Source: an uncultured delta proteobacterium
Lineage (GTDB): Bacteria > Desulfobacterota > Syntrophia > Syntrophales > Smithellaceae
DNA: 64,000 nt
Assembly: GCA_963845095.1 (NCBI GenBank)
Contig: CAWJQM010000001.1
Span: 83,881 to 147,880, forward strand
Reading direction: 5' to 3'
In this document: positions 45,676 to 57,084 of the stretch, piece after piece
Layout: each line of letters opens with the position of its first letter
How positions within the stretch are numbered: the stretch's first letter is position 1
Made by a program: the position numbers and the translations under genes
Notes under the pieces: model-generated
Database searches by the model: none
What the model was told of the DNA's origin: nothing
What the model saw: the letters and a program-made list of their open reading frames with translations, nothing else

Positions 45676-46512
45676 ATGCAGCGGGAATCCCTGCTTTTTG
45701 CCAGTGCTTATAAAAAACATTTTCTGGCAGGGGAAACAAAACCCCGAACAATCGGCGAACCATTCCTGCTGCATGCTGCCGAAACGAAGCGGGGAGTTCT
45801 CCTGATCCACGGTCTGATGGCCGCGCCGGAGGAAGTGCGGGAGTGGGCTGATTTTTTATATTCCCTGGGTTTTACGGTCTATGCGCCCAGACTGGCCGGT
45901 CACGGAACCTCCGCTGTGGATCTGGCCCGGTGCAGTTATCGTGACTGGGTGGATTCCGTGAATCGCGGACATGCCATTCTGAAGACCTGCTGCGAACAAA
46001 TCGTTGTCGCCGGTTTTTCCACCGGCGCAGCGCTGGCACTGCATCAGGCCATCACCAAGCCGGAAGCTTTCGCGGCGGTAATTTCTATCAGCGCTCCCTG
46101 GAAATTTAAGAGCATCTCTTCTTGCTTTGCAGAACCCCTCGACTATTGGAATTCATTTCTGCGCAGCCTGGGCATCAAATGCCTGCGCCGGGATTTTGTC
46201 ACCAACCATCCCGACAACCCGCATATCAACTATTTCCGCTGTCCCGTACGGAGCCTCGTGCAGGTAAAGGCATTGATGAAAAAAGTATATAAAAAGCTTC
46301 CCACCCTGTCCCTGCCGGCGCTGATCATCCAGGCCGACAATGATCCCAAGGTGGAGGCTCAAAGCGGCAGAAAAATCTATGACCGGATCTCGTCGCCTGA
46401 CAAAACATATCGGGAAGTTCACTTTCATCAGCACGGTATCGTCAGAGGTGAGATCTCCCGTAGTGTGTTTGCCGAAGTAGAAACTTTTCTGAACAAGTTG
46501 GCTTTGTTATAG
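45676..46512 (+). CDS. Carboxylesterase / alpha-beta hydrolase (start uncertain)
   Basis: LLIHGL, PRLAGHGT, GFSTG. Confidence 0.85.
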   Translation: MQRESLLFASAYKKHFLAGETKPRTIGEPFLLHAAETKRGVLLIHGLMAAPEEVREWADFLYSLGFTVYAPRLAGHGTSAVDLARCSYRDWVDSVNRGHAILKTCCEQIVVAGFSTGAALALHQAITKPEAFAAVISISAPWKFKSISSCFAEPLDYWNSFLRSLGIKCLRRDFVTNHPDNPHINYFRCPVRSLVQVKALMKKVYKKLPTLSLPALIIQADNDPKVEAQSGRKIYDRISSPDKTYREVHFHQHGIVRGEISRSVFAEVETFLNKLALL

Positions 46513-46583
46513 AAAAATGATTATATCCATGATAAGGAACACCGTTGATGTCCCTATTTAATCAGAGAAGGAGAAGCAACACC

Positions 46584-48732
46584 ATGGCCGAAAATCCTCT
46601 GCATACCCTGATGAATCCAAAATCCATCGCTATTGTCGGCGCGAGCAACAATCCCTTGAAAATGGGAACAATGCAGGCCCTGAGCGCTCTCAAGGACGGT
46701 TATTCAGGAAAACTTTACCCTATTCACCCCCAGGAGAAAACTGTCATCGGTCTGAAGGCATTCGCTTCGCCGGAGGATCTGCCGGAGACGCCTGACCTGG
46801 GCATGATCGTTGTCCCGCTGGCCCATGTTTTTCCCCTGATAGAGTCATTCGGCCGGATCGGTACGAAACGGATCATTGTCTGTACCGCGGGATTCAAGGA
46901 AGTGGGAGAGGACGGCAAACAGCTGGAAATTAAGCTGAACGAGACCGCAGCGCGCTGGGGAATACGTTTCGTCGGACCCAACTGCATGGGGATCCTGAAT
47001 TCCGCCATCTCGCTCAACCTGACGGTCATGCGTTTTGATGGCCGCCCCGGTCTTTTGGGAATTGCCTCCCAGAGCGGGACTTATATCACCCAGACTCTAT
47101 CCTACCTGCGCAACCGCGGCATCCGCTTAAGCAAAGCCATCAGCACCGGTAACGAGGCCAACATCGATCTCATCGAAGCAATGACCTATTTGGGTGAGGA
47201 CGAGCAGAGCCGGGCGGTCGTTCTGTATGTCGAGGCGATCAGAGACGGCCAGCGGTTCATCGCAGAGGCCCGCAAGATTACCCCCTATAAACCTGTTTTC
47301 GCTCAATACGTGGGCGGATCGACTGCGGGAGCCAGGGCCGGCCTGAGCCACACGGGCGCCATGGCCGGACCGGATTTTTTGTATGACGGTATCTTCAAGC
47401 AGGCCGGCGTTATCCGCGTTCACTCCATTGAAGACCTTTATGCCCACGGCTGGACGGCAGCCACTCAGCCGCCGCTCCAGGGTAACCGGATCGCTATCAT
47501 CACCCATTCCGGCGGACCGGGCACGGCCATGGCGAATGCCGCCGATCAGGGCGGGCTCACCATTCCGACCCTTTCCGCAGAGGTTCAAAACCAGATCAGG
47601 CCATACATCCCTCCTCATGCTTCCAGTGCCAATCCCGTGGATCTGACCTTTAACATGGATACGGACCAGATGACGACTCATATTCCGGAAATCCTGCTGA
47701 AGAGCGGAGAAATCGACGGGCTTATCATCCACGGCCCCATGAGGTCGGGATGGATGAAGGAGGTCTACCCCCATTTGTCGATGCTGTTTGACAACCTGCC
47801 TCTGGAAGATTTCCTCGCCAACTTCCCCTGCAATCTATCCGAGGCAATGGCGCTGCCCGCTAAATACAACCTGCCGCTGCTTATCTGCTCCTTCCTGGAC
47901 AGAAGCGACAACTTCGTAGAGGCCTACGAAGACAATAACATCCCCGTTTTCGACGCCCCCGAAAAAACAGCCCGGGCTATGCTTAGCCTGCTGCGACACA
48001 AGGATATCCGGGAACGCAAAGCCTTCAGTCGGCCGGCGCCACCGCCGCTATCTCCGGAGGCACAGAAGATCATCCGGAATGCCGTCGCTCTCGGCCAGAA
48101 AGCACTGGACGAAGCTGCGGGCAAGCGGATCCTGGCGCTTTACGGTATTCCCGTGACAAGAGAGAGACTCGTCTTCAGTTCCGACGAGGCGGCGGTTGCC
48201 GCCGCCGCTATTGGTTACCCCGTTGCGCTCAAGGCCTGCGACTGGCAGATCATGCACAAGTCAGGAAAAGGGCTGATCGCTTTGAATCTGCGGTACAGAG
48301 GAAGATCTGCAGGCCGCCTTCGCCTCGATCCGCCGGGCAGCCGGCCGCGACGTCCCCGTCCTCATCCAGGAAATGCTGGCGGGTGGACGGGAACTGGTCG
48401 TCGGAATGACCCGCTTCCCGGGTTTCGATCCCTGCATTCTGTTTGGCCTGGGCGGCATCTTTACGGAGGTACTGAAGGACAACACTCTGCGTCTGGCTCC
48501 GCTTAGCGCCGCCGATGCGGAGGAGATGCTGGACGATATCAAGGGGAAAGCCATCCTCGATGGCATCCGCGGGATGCCGGCAGCCGACCGGACCGCTTTG
48601 GCCGCAATCATCCAGCAGCTTGGCTTTATCGCCCTGCTCCATCCCGAAATCGCGGAGATCGACTTGAACCCCGTTATCCTCACAGGCGCAAACCCGGTTG
48701 TCGCCGACGCTCTGTTTGTCCTGAAAGGATAA
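46584..48732 (+). CDS. Acyl/acetate-CoA ligase (ADP-forming), fused alpha-beta (frameshift near 48295)
   Basis: PKSIAIVGAS, GPNCMG, SQSG, SHTGAMAG, NPVDL; ATP-grasp FGLGGIFTE, EIDLNP. Confidence 0.9.
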
Positions 48733-48763
48733 CGACACAGTCTCTAATGCCGGGAAGCTTATT

Positions 48764-49159
48764 TCAGGTTTTTACAATTTTGATTAGTACCTTGCGGGAG
48801 CGGGGACCGTCAAATTCGCAGAAAAAGATGGATTGCCAGGTGCCTAAAACCAACCGGCCGTTTTCGATCAAAACTGTTTCCGATGCCCCCACCAGGGATG
48901 ATTTGACATGCGCCGGCGAATTGCCTTCGCTGTGCCGGTAAGAAGCATTTTGCGGAACAGCTTTTTCCAGAGCACTGATTATATCGCGGGGCACATCCGG
49001 ATCAGCATTTTCATTGATGGTAACAGCGGCGGTTGTGTGAGTTGTAAAAACTATACAGTAGCCGTTATGAGCATCTTCTTCTTTTACCGCTTTGCTTATG
49101 GCAGCGGTAATGTCAATCATTTCCACAGGCGAATGTGTCCGGATATTTATTTCTTTCAT
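48764..49159 (-). CDS. yjbQ: YjbQ (UPF0047) family protein
   Basis: HTTAAVTINENADPDV, HVKSSL, LGTWQSIFFCEFDGPR. Confidence 0.93.
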   Translation of the reverse strand: MKEINIRTHSPVEMIDITAAISKAVKEEDAHNGYCIVFTTHTTAAVTINENADPDVPRDIISALEKAVPQNASYRHSEGNSPAHVKSSLVGASETVLIENGRLVLGTWQSIFFCEFDGPRSRKVLIKIVKT

Positions 49160-49180
49160 CAGTTTTTATCGCCGATAATT

Positions 49181-49846
49181 TTATTTGTTCTCCGCTTTTT
49201 GAATAGCCTGGTAAACGTCGTCAACAATCTGCGGCGAAAGCTTCTGCCAGCCTGAACTCATCGCCTGGCAGTAACCTTGAGGCGATTGTTCCGGAAGTGT
49301 TTCTTCCCGGGCGTATCTTTTCTGAAACATAATGCGTTTGCCCGCTTCGCGCTGTTTTGTATCTTTCAGCGTTATTGCCAGACTGATGACGGCGCTTTTG
49401 CCTTTTTTATCTATCTTCAGAAAAAATTCCTCGATGCCGCCCTGGACAATATATCGTCCTTCGTCCACAACATAGCGGGAAAAAACAGCGCGGAAAAAGC
49501 CGCTAGCCTGCAAGTCGCGCAACAAATTATCACTCACCATATCAGCGGGATTTGCCGCCCAGCGGGAATAATTAAAAGAATCAAGGGCGTAATTATCCTG
49601 ACGAAAAATCATGTTATTATTGTTATAGACAGTGGCTATCGTAAAACGGCTGACCCGAATTGTATCATCGATTTTGGTCCGTTTTTCAAAGATCGGCGCC
49701 GGATAATCAAGAAGGTAATTTTCCACCGGTGCCTGTGGTTTTCCGCTGCTGACACAACCTGCAATAACCGCAGCAGACAATAAAAGAAACAAACTTCTCC
49801 ACAAATTCCGGCCAGGTCGTTTGATGACTGATGAAAACTGCTCCAT
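49181..49846 (-). CDS. ABC-type auxiliary lipoprotein (PqiC-like)
   Basis: Lipobox IAGC; RWAANPADM; last gene of the Mla operon. Confidence 0.8.
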   Translation of the reverse strand: MEQFSSVIKRPGRNLWRSLFLLLSAAVIAGCVSSGKPQAPVENYLLDYPAPIFEKRTKIDDTIRVSRFTIATVYNNNNMIFRQDNYALDSFNYSRWAANPADMVSDNLLRDLQASGFFRAVFSRYVVDEGRYIVQGGIEEFFLKIDKKGKSAVISLAITLKDTKQREAGKRIMFQKRYAREETLPEQSPQGYCQAMSSGWQKLSPQIVDDVYQAIQKAENK

Positions 49847-49983
49847 TTCATTTCTCCCGGTTAGGATCCGCTGCGAAATAACTTGTTCATTTTCTGTATT
49901 TCGTTATGGCTCGTTATGCCGTTCTCCGTATTTATTTGACCACCCATGCGGGTGGCAAGACCAAGTTGCTTTTGTACAATGGC

Positions 49984-50917
49984 TTATTCCATAATTTTTC
50001 TGGGTGGTGCAGGCCGGCTGAAAATTAATTCCGACGGATTGTTGTTCAGACTCTCTGCCAGCTTCTGCAGATATTCCGATGTTATCCGGAGATTTTCCGC
50101 TGTATCCTGCAAATCAAGGGTGATCGACTTGGTTCTTTGATCCAGTGTATCCAGAATTACTCCGGTCTTGATGGTGTGCTGGGAAACATTCAGCGCTTCA
50201 ATTTCCTGTCTGGCGCGGTCGATTACCTGGCGGGCATTGACCAGCGTTTCCGTTGTTTCTTTGAAGACACCGTCAATTTTACCTCCGGCAATAGTCTTAT
50301 TTAGACTGGCAACGGATTCGTCGAGATTGACAGACATGGATTCCAGATTGCTCAATATCCGGTTAGTCCGATCACCGGCCAGAAAAGTTTCCAGAGCTTT
50401 GGTCGTATTTTTCAGTTGGACGGATATCCCTTTAAAATCAATTTCCTTAATGTTTTGCATTATTTTGTCAGAATCGGCTAAAAACCGGCTGATGTCCGAC
50501 CGGCGGGTAGGGATGATCGGATACGCCGATTTGAAAGTAACTGTTTGAAAATCAAGCCTTGTCTCCCGCCCGGAGATGATCCAATTCAATGAAAACTATA
50601 CCGGTAATGCCGGCAGTTCTCAGCTGGGAAAATATCTGATTCTGCAAATCGCCTGATAAATTTATTTTCATCACCACTTCGATCAGGCGGTAATCAGGCG
50701 CAACTTTTATACTGTCGACCTTGCCTATTTCCACGCCGCGGTATTTAACGGCAGAGTCGGTTTGCAGCCCCTGCACCGATTCATCAAAGTAGGAAACATA
50801 AGTTGACCCTTTCATAAACATATCGGCCGCACTGACCCAGATAATCACAACGGCGCCGATCAGCAAACCGGCGATGACAAAGAGGCCTATTAAAAATTTT
50901 GAACTTTTACCGGACAT
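49984..50917 (-). CDS. mlaD: MlaD/MCE family protein (frameshift near 50555)
   Basis: FDESVQGL..AVKYRGVEIGKV, GITGIVFIEL. Confidence 0.88.
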
Positions 50918-51701
50918 AAGACCTATCCTGGAAATTGTGGTCAGGCGCCTGCCGCAAAAAGAAGCTGCGCACCCGCGGATCTGTGGCTTTTGTTTTCAAA
51001 TCGTCGGGAGTGCCTTCGGTTATAATGCCTTTAGCCTTTTTATCCAACATTATTACTCTATCGGCGATTTTGCAAATTGACTGCAATTCGTGAGACACAA
51101 CTACCATTGTTGTTCCCAGGGCTTCGTTGGTTTTAAGAATTAAATCATCCAGCTCGACTGCTGTAATCGGATCAAGACCGGCCGATAATTCATCAAAAAA
51201 AAGCACCTGCGGATCGAGAGCCATCGCCCGGGCGATGCCGGCCCGCTTTTTCATGCCGCCGGAGAGTTCCGCAGGATGATGGTTTTCATAACCAGCCAGA
51301 TTAACCATGCCCAATTTCATTTTAACAATCAAGTCAATTGTGGCGGCATCAAGACTGGTATATTCCTGCAGGGGCAAAGCAATATTTTCTTTCAGCGTCA
51401 TCGAACTGAACAAAGCGCCGGACTGAAAGAGCACCCCGATATTCTGCCGGTAATTGTTTAATTCTTTTTCTCCTGCGGTCATTATATCTTTTCCACGAAA
51501 CAGAACTCTGCCGGCCGTGGTTTTTTGCAAACCAATCATGATTTTCAGGAGAGTGGTTTTACCGCAGCCGCTTTCGCCGACAATAACAAGAATTTCGCCT
51601 TTACGCACCTGAAAACTGACGTTTTCCAATACCGTGTTGCTGCCGAAACGAACGGTGGCATTTTCTACAATGATAATCGTCTCATTTTCCGGGAAATGCA
51701 A
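50907..51701 (-). CDS. mlaF: MlaF-type ABC ATPase
   Basis: GESGCGKT, FQSGALF, ELSGGMKKRAG. Confidence 0.9.
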   Translation of the reverse strand: MHFPENETIIIVENATVRFGSNTVLENVSFQVRKGEILVIVGESGCGKTTLLKIMIGLQKTTAGRVLFRGKDIMTAGEKELNNYRQNIGVLFQSGALFSSMTLKENIALPLQEYTSLDAATIDLIVKMKLGMVNLAGYENHHPAELSGGMKKRAGIARAMALDPQVLFFDELSAGLDPITAVELDDLILKTNEALGTTMVVVSHELQSICKIADRVIMLDKKAKGIITEGTPDDLKTKATDPRVRSFFLRQAPDHNFQDRSYVR

Positions 51702-51708
51702 AGCTCTT

Positions 51709-52854
51709 TTACCTCATATAATAAAACATTATGGCAAAAATAGAATCGGCAACTACTATGAGAAAAATTGCCGCTACAACAGCGGAAGTAGTATATTTAC
51801 CTACGTCCTGCGCGCCCGAGCGCACCTGAAAGCCCTTCTGGCAGCCGATTCCGGCAATAATCATGGCGAAAACCGCCGCTTTAATCAGGCTCGTCACTAC
51901 ATCAAAAACCTTGATGGCTTTTAATGACTGGAGAATATATGTGGTGGCCGTAAGATCGAGACCGGTAACACCGACTATTAATCCGCCAAGAATGCCGAAC
52001 AAATCGGCATAGAGCGTCAATACCGGCACAACTATTACTGCAGCCAGAACTTTCGGTACAGCCAGAAACCTGATGGGATCAAAGCCCATTGTGCTTAAGG
52101 CGTCTACTTCTTCGTTCACCACCATCGTGCCGATTTCCGCGGCAAAAGCCGAGCCGGAGCGGCCGGCCACCAGGATGGCCGTCATGATCGGCCCCAGTTC
52201 TTTAACCAGCGCAAAACTGACCAGTGAAGGAACATAAATGTTGGCGCCGACGGAACGAAGCTGTAAATAGGACATAAAAGCAAGGATCAGCCCGATCAAG
52301 ATGCTGATTAAACCAACAATCGGCAGGCCATCCACGCCGGCCCGCTTCATATAAAAAAGAACATCTCTAGCACGCAATGATTTTGGATGCAGGACAGTGT
52401 AAGCCATTGCCGACAGCAGTTCACCGGTAAATGTCAGAATATTTTCGACATCCTGGAGAATATATAATGAAGCGCCGCCGATTTGAGTCACCAGCCCCTC
52501 GCGGTGTTTTTTTTCCTTCAACGGTGGTTGTGTCAGGGCTTTTTCGTAAATTACACTGAAGATTCCTTTCGTTTCATCATTCAGGTTGATCAGAGAACAA
52601 TCAATTCTTGCCGCCGTCGCCGCTTTCTGGATCTGAAGTATGGAGAGCGCTGCGGCACTGTCCAGATAGGTGATTGCGGAAAAGTCGATGTCCAGAGCCT
52701 GGATCTGTTGTTCCCGGAATAAGCTGAGTATCTCATTAGAAAAGGAGGAAAGATTCTTCAGGCCGAATTCACCTGTCAGGTAAACAATCAGTTTGAAGTC
52801 TTGTTTTTTAGAGGATATTTGGTAGGACTTTTGCCAGTCTTTTTTTACGTCCAT
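51709..52854 (-). CDS. mlaE: MlaE permease with N-terminal STAS-like domain
   Basis: YLDSAA; ELGPIMTAILVAGRSGSAFAAEIG. Confidence 0.92.
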   Translation of the reverse strand: MDVKKDWQKSYQISSKKQDFKLIVYLTGEFGLKNLSSFSNEILSLFREQQIQALDIDFSAITYLDSAAALSILQIQKAATAARIDCSLINLNDETKGIFSVIYEKALTQPPLKEKKHREGLVTQIGGASLYILQDVENILTFTGELLSAMAYTVLHPKSLRARDVLFYMKRAGVDGLPIVGLISILIGLILAFMSYLQLRSVGANIYVPSLVSFALVKELGPIMTAILVAGRSGSAFAAEIGTMVVNEEVDALSTMGFDPIRFLAVPKVLAAVIVVPVLTLYADLFGILGGLIVGVTGLDLTATTYILQSLKAIKVFDVVTSLIKAAVFAMIIAGIGCQKGFQVRSGAQDVGKYTTSAVVAAIFLIVVADSIFAIMFYYMR

Positions 52855-53077
52855 AATAAAGAGATAATTACGGCCAGAAAAAATTAGTAATTATAAAAAA
52901 TTTGTCAGCAGTTAACGCTTTTGCCGCCGGTTTGTCAATGTCAAATCACCGGGCCTTTTTTTCATGCGTTTTTTATGTTCCGTTTAACTCGGTTTAACCT
53001 TTTATTAAAGGAAACAGCGCAATACAGAAGTAACACCTGTCTTCCCGAAATGCCCCGCTGCATTTATTTATGAGTAT

Positions 53078-53132
53078 TATCATGGTGTTATAAAATATTA
53101 TGCTGATCTTTTGTTTTTGGCACGATATTTCC
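53078..53132 (+). promoter_or_regulatory. Putative sigma54 promoter with upstream IHF-like site
   Basis: TGGCAC-GATAT-TTCC (53118-53132; -12 box imperfect); TATCATGGTGTTA (53078-53090). Confidence 0.5.
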
Positions 53133-53177
53133 AATAGAATAAAGCCAAACAGACAAACCTTGAGGAGGTAACAGATC

Positions 53178-53453
53178 ATGAAAAAGACTTTAGGAACAAT
53201 GATGGTAATGGCAGCGGTGGTTCTTTTAACAGCAACTTTCGGTTTTGCCGAATACGCGGCAGCAGGCACAACCAATTTTCCGTATTTCCAGCTGGGCTGC
53301 TTAATTGTCGGCGGGTTGATCATGGTTTCTTTAAAGAAGAGATTTGAAAAACTGTATACGGCGGAAGTGGTCGGTGCCTTCGCCCTTTATACAATCCTGA
53401 TGGCCCTGTTCACCAATCCGGTGATTGAAGCCGTGAAGAATATCGTCAGCTAA
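53178..53453 (+). CDS. Small hydrophobic hypothetical protein (91 aa), copy 1
   Basis: GGAGG RBS; signal-like N-terminus plus TM segments; frame conserved in the duplicate. Confidence 0.85.
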   Translation: MKKTLGTMMVMAAVVLLTATFGFAEYAAAGTTNFPYFQLGCLIVGGLIMVSLKKRFEKLYTAEVVGAFALYTILMALFTNPVIEAVKNIVS

Positions 53454-53526
53454 GGGACACGACAAAATCTCATCAATACCGGCAAGCCTATAAAGCCGAT
53501 TAAAACAGTGAAAGGAGGAAGGAGCG

Positions 53527-53760
53527 ATGTTAGCAACACACAATACACAGCAGGTACATAATTTTGGTTCGATCTTGATGCTGTCAGCCTGGGCTTTTGC
53601 GATGGTTATTGCTTCTTTCCTGTTCCTTTACGTCGGCCACTTGCTGGATGAAATTCTGGGAACAGCCCCTAACTTCATGCTGGGTTTATTCTTCCTGGCC
53701 CTTTTCCTCTGCATCATGCGGCTCTACCAGGAAGCATGGAAACAAAAAAAGGATGTCTAA
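53527..53760 (+). CDS. AtpZ/AtpI-like two-TM protein
   Basis: FLYVGHLLDEILGTAPNFMLG matches the G..lD...gT.P pattern. Confidence 0.7.
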   Translation: MLATHNTQQVHNFGSILMLSAWAFAMVIASFLFLYVGHLLDEILGTAPNFMLGLFFLALFLCIMRLYQEAWKQKKDV

Positions 53761-53796
53761 CCTCCGCCAATAAAAACATGATCTGTTTATATATGG

Positions 53797-53834
53797 AAAC
53801 CCCCTTAAAGCACACGCTTTAAGGGGGTTTTTTT
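53797..53834 (+). terminator. Intrinsic terminator
   Basis: AAACCCCCTTAAAGC/GCTTTAAGGGGGTTT plus T run. Confidence 0.88.
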
Positions 53835-53980
53835 ACAAGTGCTTTTCCCGTTGTATAAATAAGCCATTAGTCATTATGTGAGAGTCGCTTTTTGTTTCAT
53901 TGACTAGGGGCGTCTTTTCCTTTATGTTTACTGCAACTGATTTGCCGTTGGTGAATGTATTAGACAGCTAAGGAGGCTTT

Positions 53981-55351
53981 ATGGGCAATCGATATCCTGT
54001 TGTTTTTATCCATGGCAATGGTGATAGCGCGAGCGGCTGGAAGATCCAGCTTCAGCGCTTTAAAGAGCAGGGGTATTCCGAAAATGAACTATTTGCCATC
54101 ACCATGACACCGCCGCAAAACGAAACTCATCAGCACTATGCCAATCAGGTAAAACCATTTATTGATGATGTCCTGGCGAAAACCGGTGCAAAAAAAGTAA
54201 ACATTATGGCCCATTCGCTCGGCTGCACGATCTCCCGTTACTATATCAAGTTCATGGATGGTTATAAAGCAGTTGAGCATGCCGTTCTTATCTCCGGCGG
54301 CAATCATGGCCTGCCGGCGGCTGATCTCACCCTGGCGCAGGCGCAGGTATTCAAACAATCCCCGGAAATCAATACGCTCGGGGCGCAATTTCTTCGGGAT
54401 CTCAATACCGGCAATCAGGGCGGTCTGGAAACATATGGCAAGACAAAGTGCATGACCATAAGCGGCCCCGATGATGAGTTTTTTCTTTTCTTTGAAGATT
54501 CGCCGCAGCTCAAGGGTGCGGACAATAGAGTCATCAAGGGTCACGGCCATTTCGGACTTCGCGACTCCTCAGAAGCATTTATCTGCAGTCTGGCATTTTT
54601 CGAAGGGAGGGCAGATAGCTGCTCTCTGGGAAAAGCGCCGCCGGACCCGGTTCCTCAAATACCTGTCGGTTCCTGGATCGTCATCGGAGGCCCGAAAAAA
54701 GGCGACACTATTACATTCAACGAAAACGGCACTTACGAGGGAAAAGAAGGAAATCAAAAAATTCAGGGAACCTATACCATTGATCCAGGCACCCCCGCAT
54801 CCGCCATCATCCTCCATCAAACTGAGGGGCCGGATGGACCGGGCAGGCGCCAAGGAATTTTTCGAATAAACATTAATAAAACCTTCTTAAAGCTGAATTG
54901 CCCAAGAGTGAACAGTTCTGATCCACCGATTCATATCACCTATGCCCCAACGTATGACCGGGCCGTGCAATTAAGCGCCATCCCGGAATACTTAGCGGGC
55001 ATCTGGAAGGCTCAGGACCTGGGATTCTGCGCAGCAGCCGGGTGGACGGAAGGACAACTGGAAATAACTCCTGACGGCACCTTCACTATAAGAGGGAAAA
55101 ATATTTTAAGCCCGACAGGTTTCTTCGAAATATCGGGAAATGTCTCCGTCAGTTTCGAACCGGTCAGACATCAAATGACTTTTGATCTTACCAAAACCTG
55201 CGGAAACATCCCTTTCTTTCTCGCCGGAGATGTACTTCCTGCTATATTCACGAGAGAAGGCAATAAACTCAAGGCTCAATGGGGGAGCTTTTTATTCGGC
55301 ATACCACGGCCGAGTTGCCTGGATATGCCGATCACGTTTATTAAAACCTGA
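53981..55351 (+). CDS. Lipase class 2-type hydrolase with two C-terminal beta domains
   Basis: PVVFIHGNGD, AHSLG nucleophile elbow, GHFGL; upstream TTGACT-17-TATGTT at 53900-53928. Confidence 0.85.
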   Translation: MGNRYPVVFIHGNGDSASGWKIQLQRFKEQGYSENELFAITMTPPQNETHQHYANQVKPFIDDVLAKTGAKKVNIMAHSLGCTISRYYIKFMDGYKAVEHAVLISGGNHGLPAADLTLAQAQVFKQSPEINTLGAQFLRDLNTGNQGGLETYGKTKCMTISGPDDEFFLFFEDSPQLKGADNRVIKGHGHFGLRDSSEAFICSLAFFEGRADSCSLGKAPPDPVPQIPVGSWIVIGGPKKGDTITFNENGTYEGKEGNQKIQGTYTIDPGTPASAIILHQTEGPDGPGRRQGIFRININKTFLKLNCPRVNSSDPPIHITYAPTYDRAVQLSAIPEYLAGIWKAQDLGFCAAAGWTEGQLEITPDGTFTIRGKNILSPTGFFEISGNVSVSFEPVRHQMTFDLTKTCGNIPFFLAGDVLPAIFTREGNKLKAQWGSFLFGIPRPSCLDMPITFIKT

Positions 55352-55473
55352 AATAATCCGACTTCCCGCAGGGCAAAGATGACGTCCGGATTTTTGATGG
55401 CGAGACAGTTAAGATGATTTCACCGGCAGGCAGTCTGTGAAAACGATTCCCCGTCTTTTGATCAGAGGAGGCT

Positions 55474-56339
55474 ATGCCACATATATCAGCAGGGAATGTT
55501 GCTTTAAATTATGTAGAATTCGGCAAGGGCGATAATATTGTTGTCTTTATTCATGGGAACTTAGGCTGTTTAGACTGGATGAACCTGGTCTGGCCGAGAC
55601 TTCCCGAGGACATTCATGTTTTTGCTTTTGACTGGAGAGGCTGCGGGGATTCGGACAAGCCTTCGCCCACGGCGGATTACAGCAATTACTCCATTACTCA
55701 GCACGCCAGTCGATATGATTGCCGCCATCAGAAAACTGGGGATTAAAAAGTGCTGTCTGGCGAATCATTCGACGGGCGGCATTATCTGTACAAGAATGCT
55801 GCTCATGGAACCAGCCATGTTCGGCAAGGTGTTTTGCCTTGATCCTGTTGCGCCCGTTTCCGTTTTTTTCGATGAAAGCGGCATCGGGCTTTTCCGGTCG
55901 ATGAAGGAAAATTACGAATTTGCCTATTCGATAATGGCGGGCACGTCTCCGTCGTTGTTCACTCCGGAATCCATGCAGGCGGGTCAGGTTCCGCAATTCC
56001 GAGATACCGCCACGCAGGAGCAAAGGGATTTGTTTAAGCTGATTGTGGATAAGACCAGAGTGCTCAGTGACGGCATCTGGTTTGGCACACCGATCAACCT
56101 GACCAAAGAGTACCAGTCAGGTGAGCTGAAGAAGAAGCAGAAAAAATATAAATCATCAACACCTGATCCTTTGGGGGGAAAAAGACGTCTGGATTCCCCG
56201 CGGTGATCTGGAAGAAATGGCAAGGGAGATGCCCAACTGTGAATTGAAGATTCTACCCGATATCGGACATTGCATGAATCTGGAGAATCCCGCCGGACTG
56301 GCGCAGATGTTTGTCGAGTATTTTATGGGCAATAATTGA
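55474..56339 (+). CDS. Alpha/beta hydrolase (frameshifts)
   Basis: VFIHGNLG, FDWRGCGDS, NHSTGG, IGHCMNLE. Confidence 0.85.
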
Positions 56340-56429
56340 TTCGTGTCAGTGCCTGTCCGCGAATGACCTTTTCCCTGATGTTCTTCCTGGAAAGGAACGG
56401 CCGGCGATTCTAAAAGAATTCTCTTCTGA

Positions 56430-57063
56430 TTATTTTGAATATTTCTTCATCAACTGCAAAAGAAAATCATAAAAAAACTTATTGATTTTATCTACTTCAT
56501 CATTAACTATCTGTTGCTTTTTTTCAATGCTCAACTCTGGAACTTCTATGTTTTTGAGAAATGCAATCTGAGTTTGAATAGAACGGTTATTATCCAGTTC
56601 TATTTCATATAGTGTTTGTAAAAAGGGAGTATCCAGTTTAGTCGTAGCCGGGAAAAGGGGAATAAACCGTATGTCTGCCGCCAGGGCATGATTGAAAGCA
56701 AGGTATTTAAAAAATCTTATGACCGGTTCTTTAAAGTAATTGATGCATTCATAAATTTCAGATTCATTCCAAAGTTTTGTCCCTAGAAACATCAGATTAG
56801 CATAGACCGATGGATTCAGCGTCCAGCGGGTAGTTCTTGCCAGCAATTGAGAATATTCTAAATCTCGATAAAACTGATTTTGCAGGTGTTTAAATACTCT
56901 CAAATCTGCCAAAGAGGCTTCCAACCGGGAAATAATTATAAGATTGGATGTTTTTATGTTTAAAATAAACATGAGCAATCATACTTTCCATTTCATCGGT
57001 CAATGGTTGAGCGGCAAAAAAATCTTTGGCTTCCTGTTTAATATCGCGATAATTTTCCATCAT
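56430..57063 (-). CDS. Hypothetical protein (AT-rich, frameshifted)
   Basis: 182-aa ORF plus upstream MMENYRDIKQEAK in another frame. Confidence 0.6.
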
Positions 57064-57084
57064 AATAACCTGAACAATAATTTT

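Larger units (their letters stand above)
52993..53833 (+). repeat. ~0.8 kb direct repeat, copy 1
   Basis: Near-identical to 58233-59010 (gene offset 5242 bp). Confidence 0.92.
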
